A stretch of 37,703 nt of DNA, the filler included, from Candidatus Woesearchaeota archaeon (GTDB taxonomy: Archaea > Nanobdellota > Nanobdellia > Woesearchaeales > ARS49): the NCBI GenBank assembly GCA_016188265.1. It is 2 parts of 2 records of this genome, joined end to end, with 100 filler letters (N's around TTAATTAATTAA, not from the genome) between each part and the next. Parts side by side here need not be neighbours in the genome. Positions count along the whole stretch, not along the records: positions 1 to 29,916 come from JACPID010000022.1; 1 more part is not named here. One strand, 5' to 3'. Below, piece after piece: positions 19,079-29,191 of this stretch. Below the pieces are notes generated by a model. The model did no database searches and was not told the origin of the DNA. It saw only the letters and a program-made list of their open reading frames with translations. A program made the position numbers and the translations under genes. The first letter of the stretch is position 1. The number at the start of each line of letters is the position of its first letter.

Positions 19079-19762
19079 TTACTCATTAAGTTTGCGTTCT
19101 ATTATAAATTTTATTGATGAAAAAGGCTGAACGCCTTTAACTAATTCTCCATTGATTAAAAGCGAAGGCGTTCCTGTTAAGCCCATTGCTTTTGCTTCTT
19201 TTAAATCACGCTGCACATATTCTTGATATTTTCTTGCATCATAACATGAATTAAATTGTTCAATATTTAATCCAAGTTCTTTAGCCCATACCTTTAAGTT
19301 AGCTTCAGAAATGCCAAGCTGGTTTTCAAATAATTTATTGTGATAAGCCCAAAATAAACCTTGTTCTCCAGCACATCTTGCAGCAATCGCTGATTCAACA
19401 CTTAAAGGATGTATATTCGTAAGAGGAAAATCTTTGTAAACAAAACGAACTTTCCCTGTACTAATATACTCCTGCTCTAATTGCCCTAAAATTTCTGAAT
19501 AAAATTGTTTACAAAAAGGGCATTGAAAATCAGAAAACTCATAAATACTAACTTTAGCATCAGGACTTCCTTTCGCATAATTACCATTTTCATTAATGCC
19601 TTCAAATACTTGCTTTTGAGGAAGATACGGCTGTGTTTTATCTGCTTTATTCTGCCACCATAAAAAAACAAGAAATAAAAATAATAATACAAATAATAAT
19701 GCCATAAATTTCAAAATACTCATCGAAGACAATTTTATTACATCAGCCATTTTTATTATCAA
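19079..19762 (-). CDS. DsbA-family thioredoxin-fold protein, membrane anchored
   Basis: EFSDFQCPFC, DFPL..IH, GTPS. Confidence 0.92.
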   Translation of the reverse strand: MIIKMADVIKLSSMSILKFMALLFVLLFLFLVFLWWQNKADKTQPYLPQKQVFEGINENGNYAKGSPDAKVSIYEFSDFQCPFCKQFYSEILGQLEQEYISTGKVRFVYKDFPLTNIHPLSVESAIAARCAGEQGLFWAYHNKLFENQLGISEANLKVWAKELGLNIEQFNSCYDARKYQEYVQRDLKEAKAMGLTGTPSLLINGELVKGVQPFSSIKFIIERKLNE

Positions 19763-19825
19763 TTTATTAAGAGCATAAAAATCTTTCTATAAGAAAAGAT
19801 GAACACTCTTGAAGGAAAGAAAACT

Positions 19826-19985
19826 TATGGGACGGCTTCTCCTGTTAAACGAGGGTGAGGCGTAGCCGAAAGCGCAGCGCCACTAAGCGACCGTAGGGAG
19901 CGCAGAGTTTTCTTTGAGTTACAATAAATCCTGCGTTAGCAGACTAGAATTTAAGGGACACTAACATTTATAGTTACTACCATAA
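19826..19985. repeat. GC-rich hairpin segment bounded by inverted TTATGG/CCATAA half-sites
   Basis: TTATGGGAC at the left, ACTACCATAA at the right, short GC-rich palindromes between; non-coding. Confidence 0.45.
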
Positions 19986-20197
19986 TTAATATTTAACGCA
20001 CTTTTTGCTTTCTCGATATACGCTTTGCACAGATTATCATTTGGTTCTTCCAGTTTAATGCCTCGCTTCTGCTTCCAGCACCAAGAAACGTGGCTTTTAG
20101 AATCTTTATCCTCTGATTTCATTGTAATACCTCCATAATGCGTTAATGAAAATATCTGGGTTGTGCAAAATAATGTGGTATTTTAGTTTTTCCATAC
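19961..20197 (-). pseudogene. Remnant of a nucleotidyltransferase-HEPN toxin-antitoxin pair
   Basis: 20122 starts MKSEDKDSKSHVSWCWKQKRGIKLEEPNDNLCKAYIEKAKSALN (resembles HEPN N-termini) and stops after 53 aa; overlapping upstream fragment KLKYHIILHNPDIFINALWRYY resembles an MNT C-terminus. Confidence 0.5.
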
Positions 20198-20200
20198 TCA

Positions 20201-20785
20201 TCAACTCCATAGTTTTAGCTTAGGAATAAACCTAGGGACTTTTCTAGCATAGATTTGGTATTTTTTTCCAAATCTTCTTACTAATTCTTTTTCTTCAAAA
20301 ATACTTAAAAAATAAAACATTATTATTGTGTAAACAAAAATAAGATATGAGAATAAATAACCACTTATCAAAGCAAGTCCGAGAGATAATAACATGTATT
20401 CTAAATAACGTGGATGTCTTAGGTTGCTAAAAATTCCTGAAGTTATTAATTTTTGTTTTTGCTTAGGCATAATTTCTGGCAATCCTAATAATTGTTTAAG
20501 TGTAAATTCTTTTGAACGTATTCCGTCAATTATAATTGAAAGAACTATAATCAGAACTCCTGTAATTTCAAAATAAGTATTTTTCATAATAATGTATTTG
20601 AAGATGTTTTCTCTTAAATAAAACAAAACTGCACTTGTTATCACAATCATTATACCTATAATAAAATAATTGATAACGCCTATTTTTTTGGCAAAATCAA
20701 TCTTACTATGAATCCAAAACCACCAAAATGGCAAAGGAAGTATAAATCCAGAAAACAATATTGTTAATAATAGTGCAAATCGCAT
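20201..20785 (-). CDS. Isoprenylcysteine carboxyl methyltransferase/PEMT-family membrane protein
   Basis: LITSGIFSNLRHPRY, EEKELVRRFGKKY..Y..KVPRFIP. Confidence 0.9.
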   Translation of the reverse strand: MRFALLLTILFSGFILPLPFWWFWIHSKIDFAKKIGVINYFIIGIMIVITSAVLFYLRENIFKYIIMKNTYFEITGVLIIVLSIIIDGIRSKEFTLKQLLGLPEIMPKQKQKLITSGIFSNLRHPRYLEYMLLSLGLALISGYLFSYLIFVYTIIMFYFLSIFEEKELVRRFGKKYQIYARKVPRFIPKLKLWS

Positions 20786-20817
20786 AATACTGTCTCACAT
20801 CATTTTATTTGAGTTTG

Positions 20818-21006
20818 TTAATGGCATTTTTCTTTTTTTTTAGTTCCATGCATCATAAAAATGTGAATTAAAACACATGCAAGCAGTAAAATAAAATAAA
20901 TAAATGAATTACTTGTTTGAACAAAATTAAAAAAAATCAAAACAATAATGAAGACTAAAACTAGAAAAATCAGTCCTTTCTTATTGTTTTGCAAGTGGCA
21001 ATTCAT
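20818..21006 (-). CDS. DUF2933-like small membrane protein
   Basis: LLLACVLIHIFMMHG motif in a copper operon. Confidence 0.7.
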   Translation of the reverse strand: MNCHLQNNKKGLIFLVLVFIIVLIFFNFVQTSNSFIYFILLLACVLIHIFMMHGTKKKEKCH

Positions 21007-21161
21007 TTGAGCTTCTTACTTACTTCTTTCCATAATTTCCAAGCCCATAAGAACACAACTATTACAAGGCCTATGAGCAATAGATTTGCTAATAGCCAAT
21101 ACCAAGGCCATGCTCCGCCCATCATTTGTCCGCAAAGACCACCAAATGCATTATATGCCAT
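21003..21161 (-). CDS. 52-aa single-pass membrane protein; not in the ORF track
   Basis: MAYNAFGGLCGQMMGGAWPWYWLLANLLLIGLVIVVFLWAWKLWKEVSKKLK; GGAGGTGA SD; ATGA overlap downstream. Confidence 0.75.
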   Translation of the reverse strand: MAYNAFGGLCGQMMGGAWPWYWLLANLLLIGLVIVVFLWAWKLWKEVSKKLK

Positions 21162-21176
21162 TTAATTCACCTCCTT

Positions 21177-21593
21177 TTATTCTACTATTATATTTCCAGT
21201 TCCCATACCCATTGGGCATGAAAACTTAAATGTTCCTTTTTTTGTTGGTATAAATTCAATAATGTTATTATTTTTTGTTACAGTCTTACTTATGCCAAAA
21301 GCAGGTATATTAATGTTTGTCATACAACCACGCACAGTATTTGTATCTACAACTATTCTTACAGGAACATTATACTTAACTCGAATAATCTCAGGATCAT
21401 AATTAAATCCTTTAAAGCCAAGATTAATAATTTGAACATCACCTGATTCAGATGGCTGAACTTCATTTAGTACTGCATTATTTGTTAAATTATTGCCTAA
21501 AAAATTTCCTTTTACATAAAATACTCCAAAAATAAGCGCTATAAAGATAAAAAAGTAGCTTGCTGCTTTTTTAAGAGATACTTGTTCACTCAT
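21177..21593 (-). CDS. Membrane-anchored cupredoxin-domain protein
   Basis: RGCM, FSCPMGMGTG; GAGGTGA SD before ATG 21593. Confidence 0.85.
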   Translation of the reverse strand: MSEQVSLKKAASYFFIFIALIFGVFYVKGNFLGNNLTNNAVLNEVQPSESGDVQIINLGFKGFNYDPEIIRVKYNVPVRIVVDTNTVRGCMTNINIPAFGISKTVTKNNNIIEFIPTKKGTFKFSCPMGMGTGNIIVE

Positions 21594-21598
21594 GATTT

Positions 21599-23778
21599 TC
21601 ACCTCAATGTTTTTGTTTTCAATAATAATGAGTTTACCACTACACTTACTGAACTTAAAGCCATTGCTCCGCCTGCAATAATAGGGCTCAATAACCACCC
21701 TGTAAAAGGATACAATACCCCTGCTGCAACTGGTATTCCCAAGACATTGTAAATTAATGCCCAGAACATGTTTTGCTTAATTTTGCTCATTGTTTGCTTG
21801 CTTAAACGAACAGCTCTAACAACATCACGCACATCATTTTTCATTAAAACAACACTTCCACTTTCCATTGCAACATCTGTGCCAGAACTCATAGCAATAC
21901 CAACATCTGCTTGTGCAAGTGCAGGAGCATCATTAATGCCATCGCCAACCATAGCAACTTTTTTACCACTTGATTGTAATTTTTTCACATGCTCTGCTTT
22001 TTCATGAGGCAATACTTGAGCAAAAACATTAGTTATGCCTGCTTTTTCAGCAATGGCTTTTGCAGTTCGTTCATTATCGCCAGTTATCATATATGTCTTT
22101 ATGCCCAGGTGTTTTAAGGTTTTCATTGCTAAAGGCACTCCTTCTTTCATTGTATCAGCAACAGCAATCAAACCAAGTGTTTTTTTTGCATCTGTCAACA
22201 CCATGACAGTTTTTCCTTTACTTTCTAATAATTGAATTTGTTCTTCATATGCATCAAGAGCAATCTTGTTTTCTTTACATAAAGCAGGATTTCCAAAGAA
22301 AAAAGATAAATTTCCAATTTTAGCAGTTATACCTTTGCCAGGAATTGCTTTAAAAGAATTTATTTTTTGCAGTTTTATGCTGTTTTCTTCTGCATTTTTC
22401 ACAATTGCTTCAGCTAAGGGATGTTCTGAGGATTTTTCAATGCTTGCAGCAATGGCAATCAATTGATTTTCTGTATTATTACTAAAAGGAATAACATCAG
22501 TAACTATAGGTTTTCCAATAGTTATTGTTCCTGTTTTATCAAAAATAATATGCTTTATTTTATGTGTTGTTTCTAAAGCTTCTCCGCCTTTAATAAGAAT
22601 GCCACGCTGCGCTCCTTTGCCTGTACCTACCATAATTGCAGTAGGTGTTGCAAGACCAAGAGCGCAAGGACAAGCAATTACTAAAACTGCAATAGCTGCA
22701 ATTAATGAAAAAGAGAAATCTTGTCCTCCAAAATTATACCAAAAAACAAAAGTAGAAATTGAAATAAACAATACTATTGGAACAAACCATGCAGAAACAG
22801 CATCTGCAAAACGCTGAATAGGCGCTTTATTGCCTTGAGCGTCTTCAACAAGTTTAATAATTTGCGCAAGAGTTGTGTCAGCACCAACTTTTGCTGCTTT
22901 AAACATAATACTGCCATTTTTGTTCAAAGTTCCTCCAATAACTTTATCTTTTTTTTTTTTTCAACAGGAATACTTTCACCAGTAATCATACTTTCATCAA
23001 TACTTGTACTGCCTTCTACAACAAAACCATCAACAGGAATCTTTTCACCAGGCTTTACTTTGACAATATCTCCAACAACAACCTGTTCTGCAGAAATAAG
23101 CGCTTCTTTACCATTTCTTATCACCAATGCCTGCTTTGGTGAAAGATTCATTAATTTCTTAATAGCTTCGCTTGTTTTTCCTTTAGCACTAGCTTCAAGA
23201 AATTTACCAAGAACAACCAGCGTGATTAGTACAGCGGCAGTTTCAAAATATTGATCATTCATTGGATCGAAAAAAATAACATAAACACTAAACAAGTATG
23301 CAGCGCTTGTTCCTAGTGCAATCAATGTATCCATATTGCTAGTATAATTTTTTAATGATGTCCATGCTCCTTTATAGAACTGCCAGCCCACCATAAACTG
23401 CACAGGTGTTGCAAGCAATAACAATGCAATATTTCTATAAGGATAATTCATGAAAAGCATGCCAAAATATAATGCAGGAAGACTTAATGCAATGCCAATA
23501 TACAATAATATTTTCTGCCTTTGAATTTCTTTTTCACGCTTTACTTTTTCACGATCTCTATTTTTTCCTGTATCAAGCATAGCTCCATAACCTTTTTTCT
23601 TCACTATATCACATAACTGCTCTAGTGTAACTTCATCTTCATGCTCAACTGTTGCTTTTTCAGTAGAATAATTCACATTTGCGCTTGTTACTCCCTGAAC
23701 TTTTTGCAAACTTCTTGCTATCAAGGTTGCGCAACTAGCACAATGCATCCCTGTTATGTGAAGCGCTGTTTTTTTCAT
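21599..23778 (-). CDS. copA: Cu(I)-translocating P1B-type ATPase, frameshifted at an A13 tract
   Basis: GMHCASC and TGES in ORF 22924..23844; [28 protein letters not shown] in ORF 21599..22927; break at 22949-22961. Confidence 0.93.
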
Positions 23779-24470
23779 AGGAATAAAGCTGATTTCGGAC
23801 CGTAAAGCATAACCAAAATTGTTATAACTGTGATAAGAAAACAAATAAATACTAAATTTGTCAATGGATATGGCTTTATTACTTTTTCATCGTTAACACT
23901 ATGTTCTTTGTAAACCATATAACCAAGACCTGCAAGAATAATCGTGCATGATAAAATAAAAATTGGTGTGAAAATTAATAAGCGATCATTAATAAGCATC
24001 ACTGAAAGCATTGCACCCATAGTTCCACCCATTAATCCTGCCATAATTCCTTCCATAACACCCATAATACCACAACATTTTCCACACCATGCACCAGTAA
24101 TCATGCCAACAATCATTCCATACAAAGCTCCAGTAAACATGCCATTTGTTGCACCAACAAGAAAACCAATGCTCAAACCACTAATCATGCCAATAGTCAT
24201 GCCGATCATCATACCAGCCATGCAAGTCACTGCATTTCTATATGCTTTCAAATGATAAATCACAGTTGCATTAGCAACAACAGTAAAAATAAGATAAACA
24301 ATATGCCAACTATATTTTGTTGTAAATTCAGGAATAGATTCAAAAAATAATTTATACAATAGTACAAATAATACTGATAAAGCAATTAATGTAATGCCTG
24401 CAACTTCTAATACTTTTGCTTCAAAAACTTCATCTTTTTCTGGAATTGCATTTTGTTCTGCCATAAGCAA
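23775..24470 (-). CDS. Met/Gly/Cys-rich multi-pass membrane protein, probably copper related
   Basis: [13 protein letters not shown] and [26 protein letters not shown]; lies between copZ and copA. Confidence 0.75.
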   Translation of the reverse strand: MLMAEQNAIPEKDEVFEAKVLEVAGITLIALSVLFVLLYKLFFESIPEFTTKYSWHIVYLIFTVVANATVIYHLKAYRNAVTCMAGMMIGMTIGMISGLSIGFLVGATNGMFTGALYGMIVGMITGAWCGKCCGIMGVMEGIMAGLMGGTMGAMLSVMLINDRLLIFTPIFILSCTIILAGLGYMVYKEHSVNDEKVIKPYPLTNLVFICFLITVITILVMLYGPKSALFL

Positions 24471-24683
24471 TCATACACCACCAACTACTTTATATCCTTC
24501 TTTCTGAATAACTTTTTTTATTGCATCAAGGCTTGTTTGTTTTTCATCAAATTCTAAAAATAATTCTCCTTTTGCAGCGCTTACTTTAACATTGCTTACA
24601 CTTTGCAATTCATTCAAAGCATCTTTAATTAAAACTTCACAACTTGAACAATGCATTCCATGAACTTTAAGATTTAATTTCAT
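24471..24683 (-). CDS. copZ: Heavy-metal-associated domain chaperone
   Basis: GMHCSSC, terminal EGYKV, 70 aa. Confidence 0.88.
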   Translation of the reverse strand: MKLNLKVHGMHCSSCEVLIKDALNELQSVSNVKVSAAKGELFLEFDEKQTSLDAIKKVIQKEGYKVVGGV

Positions 24684-24862
24684 TTTTTATCACCTGCCAC
24701 AAGAAAATCATGCTTTTATTTAAACCATCCTTTTTAAAAAAAAGACAAGCACAGTTTAAAAAGCCAAAATTTTGGTTCGAGAACGTTTATAAACAGAAAT
24801 GAACTGAAAAATCCTAAGAGAGGTGCGAAGTTTTATAAAATACAAAATTTATTTATTGCTTT

Positions 24863-25405
24863 ATGCAGTCAAAAACACTTGCAGCAATACTAATATTATC
24901 TTCTATTGTACTTGCAAGTCTAGTGTATTCATTTAAAGTTCAAGAAGACAAACACATTGAAGCATTAGTATCATCAAATCAAGGATCTTGTTTTATTAAT
25001 GGCGTTTGTTTATATGAACAAAGATCTTACACAACATTAATACTTGGATGGGCAATTGCTGTTTTTCTTTTTGCCTTAGGAATTTATTCATACTTTTTTG
25101 ATAAAACACAAAAACAATTCATAGCATACCAGCAAAAAATCTCTACTTCATTGCAAGAAGCTCAGAAAAAAACAGAACATGAAGACAAATTCAAAGCGTT
25201 CCTAGCAGGCTTCAAACCTGATGAACAAAAAGTTTTAACTGCTGTTAAAGAACAAGACGGCATTCTTCAATCAACCCTTCGTTACAGAACAGGATTATCA
25301 AAAGCAACACTTTCATTAATACTCAAAAATTTTGAAGAAAAAAATTTGGTAACAAGACAAGTAAGTGGAAAAACAAATAAAGTATTTTGGAAAAAAGTAT
25401 ATTAG
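24863..25405 (+). CDS. Membrane-anchored winged-HTH (MarR-like) regulator
   Basis: Two TM helices with a C-x4-C loop, then QDGILQSTLRYRTGLSKATLSLIL...GKTNKV. Confidence 0.8.
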   Translation: MQSKTLAAILILSSIVLASLVYSFKVQEDKHIEALVSSNQGSCFINGVCLYEQRSYTTLILGWAIAVFLFALGIYSYFFDKTQKQFIAYQQKISTSLQEAQKKTEHEDKFKAFLAGFKPDEQKVLTAVKEQDGILQSTLRYRTGLSKATLSLILKNFEEKNLVTRQVSGKTNKVFWKKVY

Positions 25406-25424
25406 CAAAGAGGTGAAAAATTTT

Positions 25425-25697
25425 ATGGCAAAAAACAAACTTGATCTAAAAACACCAGCTCTAACTGGAGCATTGATGTTAGGTATTTTAAGCACTGTTT
25501 GGAACCTTGTTCTTGGTTTAACAGGCCAAGGATTGCTTAACTGGTTATTGTCAGTGCATTTCCTTAGCGTACCAGTAAAAGCACAACCACTTGTACTAAG
25601 CACGCTTGCAGTGAGTGTTGCCTACCATGTTGTTTTAGGAGCAGTGCTTGGAGCAGTTCTTGCATTAGTGTGGAATTGCGCAAAAAAGTGGAATTAA
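25425..25697 (+). CDS. Small membrane protein
   Basis: GAGGTGA SD before ATG 25425; hydrophobic helices with His residues. Confidence 0.7.
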   Translation: MAKNKLDLKTPALTGALMLGILSTVWNLVLGLTGQGLLNWLLSVHFLSVPVKAQPLVLSTLAVSVAYHVVLGAVLGAVLALVWNCAKKWN

Positions 25698-25737
25698 TAA
25701 AACAAAAGTTTATATACTGTATAAACTAAGAAACAGT

Positions 25738-26268
25738 ATGTTTTTAAGAATTAATAATCTTTTTTTTGCACTAAAAACAGTTTATTCAGAAGCAATTGCA
25801 TGGATTATTTCAATAATTGTAGCTATACTAGTGTTTTCAGTTAATGTATTGAGCACTAATTTTTATCTTTTACTTAAAAATCTTAATATACAATTGTTTA
25901 CTTACTTGATGATTGGAGTTACACAATCAATGAGCATAAGCTCGATTGTTCTTCTTTCAACAATTTCTGCACTTACAGGAATACTAGCTTCATTATTAAT
26001 CTATAAAATTAAGTCTATACAAAATATATCAAATGGTTTTTATAGTGTAGGCTCTGGAGGCGCTTTATTGGGATTGCTTGTTCCTTCTTGTTCTGCTTGC
26101 GGGATTGGTTTATTATCAGTGCTAGGTTATTCAAGCTTGCTTGCATTTCTTCCTTTCAGAGGACTAGAAATAGGTGTTCTTGGAGTTGGATTATTAGTTG
26201 TTAGCATTATTTCTTTATCAAACAAGATTGTAGAAGGCTGTAAAATAAAAAATCTCAAAATTATATAA
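25738..26268 (+). CDS. Membrane protein with CxxC motif
   Basis: PSCSACG in a hydrophobic context, C-terminal GCK. Confidence 0.75.
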   Translation: MFLRINNLFFALKTVYSEAIAWIISIIVAILVFSVNVLSTNFYLLLKNLNIQLFTYLMIGVTQSMSISSIVLLSTISALTGILASLLIYKIKSIQNISNGFYSVGSGGALLGLLVPSCSACGIGLLSVLGYSSLLAFLPFRGLEIGVLGVGLLVVSIISLSNKIVEGCKIKNLKII

Positions 26269-26371
26269 TTAAAAACAGTTTTCGACGTTTTGAAAAAGTG
26301 AACTTAAAGTTAGCGAGACACCTACTAAAATCTAGCTTTTTATCCAAATTTAGACCATTAAGCAAACATTT

Positions 26372-26399
26372 ATCTCGCTTAATAGGTGTTATACGCAAT
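26372..26399 (+). other. dif/Xer-like recombination site
   Basis: ATCTCGCTTAA-TAGGTG-TTATACGCAAT, 11-6-11 layout. Confidence 0.4.
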
Positions 26400-26411
26400 T
26401 GATTTTGGGCG

Positions 26412-26593
26412 CTATTTGTTGTATTTGTGTCTAAATACTATTTTTTCGAGATAAAGTTCTTGACGTTCTTTATTATATGAGAAAATAACACGTAATTTTC
26501 CAATTCTTATTCTTGAACTCCCACTCAAGTCATAATGAAGGTGTTTATATCTTTCTGGGTTTTCGCTGACTTCGGAAGAATTTTATAAGGCAT
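26412..26593 (-). pseudogene. RelE-family toxin with internal deletion and frameshift
   Basis: MPYKIL then, in another frame, EVSENPERYKHLHYDLSGSSRIRIGKLRVIFSYNKERQELYLEKIVFRHKYNK. Confidence 0.75.
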
Positions 26594-26759
26594 TCCAGTC
26601 AGCAAATTCTCTTTTTTTTATCTGCTCTTTTGATTTTTTGTAAGATTCCATGAATTCTTTATCGCTCATTAATTCAATAGATTCAACTATTACATCAAAT
26701 TCTTCTTTTACTTTTACTAGATCTACAATAGCTTGTTTGTTTAATAGTACTGTTTCCAT
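26583..26759 (-). CDS. Putative antitoxin (58 aa); not in the ORF track
   Basis: METVLLNKQAIVDLVKVKEEFDVIVESIELMSDKEFMESYKKSKEQIKKREFADWNAL, overlapping the toxin start. Confidence 0.75.
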   Translation of the reverse strand: METVLLNKQAIVDLVKVKEEFDVIVESIELMSDKEFMESYKKSKEQIKKREFADWNAL

Positions 26760-26846
26760 AGTGTTAGTGAAGATAGATCTATATATAAAGATTACGCGCC
26801 CAAAATCAACTCAAGCCACGCTTGTATATCTGCTTTATTATCAGTA

Positions 26847-28067
26847 TTATTCATATCTTAAAGCTTCCACAGGTTGTAATTCTGCAGCTTTTTTAGCTGG
26901 CATTACACCTGATAATGTTCCTATTACAAAAGAAAATAATAATGAAAAAAAAACTAATGAAAGAGTTATCTCTGCTCTTATTAATGGCGACCCAAACGCG
27001 TGGCTTGCTGCAATCTCAACTATTTTACTAAGCGCAATTCCTATAAAAACACCAATTGCACCGCCAAATAATCCTATTAAACTAGATTCTATTATGAAAA
27101 GTGTAAGAATGTTTTTTTTAGTTGCTCCTATTGCTTTCAAAATACCAATTTCTCTAGTTCTTTCAAGAACTGAAGTATACATGGTATTCATAATGCCAAT
27201 CCCGCCAACCAATAAACTTATAGCTGCAATGCCAATAAGAACTGCTTGTACTACATTAAATATAGTGTTAAAACTATTTAATAACTGTTGAGGGGTTTCT
27301 ACTTCAACATCTTCTTTGCCTTTTTCTAAATGCCTATCACGTCGAAGAGTTCTAGCAATATCTTCTGAAATTTTATCAACATTACTATTCTGGCTAACTT
27401 TTGCAATCAACATACTATACTCTTCAGGAACACCAAGCAATTGCCTCATTTCATTTTCATTAATCAAAACACTGCCGTCACGCTCAGGATCGCCGATAGT
27501 TTTTAAAATTCCAACAACTCTAAATTCTTTGTTATTAACTAAAATCTTATTTCCAGGCCTTACTTCTTCTCCGAAGAATTTATCTGTGTTAAAATTTTGG
27601 CCTAGCATAACCTTTCCTTTATCATTTTTATTTAACATTCTGCCTTTGTCAGCTTGATAATTATTAAACTCTCTAATAAGCTCCATTGCTGAATTTTTTT
27701 CAGGCCAGCTTACTGCAAAATTAGTTATAACTTTATTATTAAACTCAATCCTAACAGGCTTTAATAATCTTCCAGAAACTACTGCAACTCCATTAACACG
27801 TTCTATTAATTTTAAATCATCTTTTGTTATTTGTCCAGGTGAAAGAGCGCCAAGCGGTCCAAAACCAGCGCTTTTAGGATGAACAATTATTTTATCTGCT
27901 CCTATTATTGAAAATTGTTCATTAATCGCAACCTTCAATCCCTGGCCAATACTTATCAACGCAATAACAGCAGCAATTCCTATAAAAATTCCAATCATAG
28001 TAAGCCAGCTACGTAATTGTCTTTGCTTTAGATTTGTAAATGCCAAAGAAAAAAAATCAAAAATCAT
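26847..28067 (-). CDS. ABC transporter permease (MacB/FtsX family)
   Basis: RSWLTMIGIFIG, GGIGIMNTMYTSVLERTREIGILKAIGA, PVEALRYE. Confidence 0.95.
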   Translation of the reverse strand: MIFDFFSLAFTNLKQRQLRSWLTMIGIFIGIAAVIALISIGQGLKVAINEQFSIIGADKIIVHPKSAGFGPLGALSPGQITKDDLKLIERVNGVAVVSGRLLKPVRIEFNNKVITNFAVSWPEKNSAMELIREFNNYQADKGRMLNKNDKGKVMLGQNFNTDKFFGEEVRPGNKILVNNKEFRVVGILKTIGDPERDGSVLINENEMRQLLGVPEEYSMLIAKVSQNSNVDKISEDIARTLRRDRHLEKGKEDVEVETPQQLLNSFNTIFNVVQAVLIGIAAISLLVGGIGIMNTMYTSVLERTREIGILKAIGATKKNILTLFIIESSLIGLFGGAIGVFIGIALSKIVEIAASHAFGSPLIRAEITLSLVFFSLLFSFVIGTLSGVMPAKKAAELQPVEALRYE

Positions 28068-29191
28068 TGTTTTTTGGATCGTTTTCTAATTAAGTAAATT
28101 ACAGCCAACAAAACACCAGCCCCGACAATGTAAGGAAGTTTTGATTTTGGCTGCAATCCAAGTTTTTGAGCTGTTGTTCTATCAATAACAGGAACATTTA
28201 ATTCAACCTGCTGATGGTATTGCTGATTATTTGCATCTCTAAAATCAATAGTCAAAGGAACATTAAATGATTCTTCTGCAAAAACCTCCAAATCACTTGT
28301 CTGAAAATCATCAACATCAAGATCACCAATATACACAGAATGAGCTGAAATAATTGAAGGATGATCAATGCTTATTGTTAAAAACTTAACAAGTGTTAAT
28401 CCAGAATTAACAATTTTCAAAGTAAGCTCTCCTCTTTGCCCTATGATAATTTTGCCTTCACTTGTTATTTCTAGCCTCGGAAGTGCATTTATTTCCAAAG
28501 CAACAGTATTAAGTTTAGTGTACGCTTGCCCAAACTCGTCAAAGTATAAAATCTTAACAGGAATTTTATAAATTCCAACCTCTGCTTTTGGAAGCGCAGT
28601 TAAGCCAAAACTAATAACAGCATTATCTCTTGCATTCAATGATTGCACAATCCTCTCCTCAGTTCCATCTCTTGGAGCAAATGGAACTTGATTTAAATCA
28701 AAAATTACGCGCACATCCTTTAATTTAAAGCTCGCATGATTCTGCAAATTCAATTCAACACTAACATCATTTCCAGGAGAAACAGGTTTTGTGCTAACTG
28801 AGGTTATTTCTAAAGAAGACTCAATTGATTTAACCAAAAAAGGAATTTGAATTTCCAAGTGGGAAGTATCTGTATCAACATCAACATCCAATACATCATA
28901 GCCGGAAGGAGCATTTGAACTAACTTTAATACTCCATTGAACAACAACACTCTGGCCTGCAGCTAAAGATGAAACAGTTCTTTTATCATTATCTGCATCA
29001 AGGTATCTTGGAGCGTTTAGTTCTAGTTTAATATTTTGTATTGCAACACTATCTGAATTTGTAACTTTAACAGCCAAAGGAAAATAACTATTTGGCAAAA
29101 CTGACTGAGGAACAGTTGGTTCAACAATCAAACCTGCACTAAATACAGTTGGCATTAAAAGTAAAATTAACAACCAGATTATATTTTTCAT
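28064..29191 (-). CDS. COG1361-like S-layer/Ig-domain protein
   Basis: Signal peptide, three beta-rich repeats, C-terminal TM plus basic tail; inside the ABC operon. Confidence 0.8.
   Translation of the reverse strand: MKNIIWLLILLLMPTVFSAGLIVEPTVPQSVLPNSYFPLAVKVTNSDSVAIQNIKLELNAPRYLDADNDKRTVSSLAAGQSVVVQWSIKVSSNAPSGYDVLDVDVDTDTSHLEIQIPFLVKSIESSLEITSVSTKPVSPGNDVSVELNLQNHASFKLKDVRVIFDLNQVPFAPRDGTEERIVQSLNARDNAVISFGLTALPKAEVGIYKIPVKILYFDEFGQAYTKLNTVALEINALPRLEITSEGKIIIGQRGELTLKIVNSGLTLVKFLTISIDHPSIISAHSVYIGDLDVDDFQTSDLEVFAEESFNVPLTIDFRDANNQQYHQQVELNVPVIDRTTAQKLGLQPKSKLPYIVGAGVLLAVIYLIRKRSKKQ

Noticed and set aside
26300..26400. Integron attC site
   Set aside because: GTTATACGCAAT resembles a core site, but no complementary inverse core was found upstream; kept only as dif-like.
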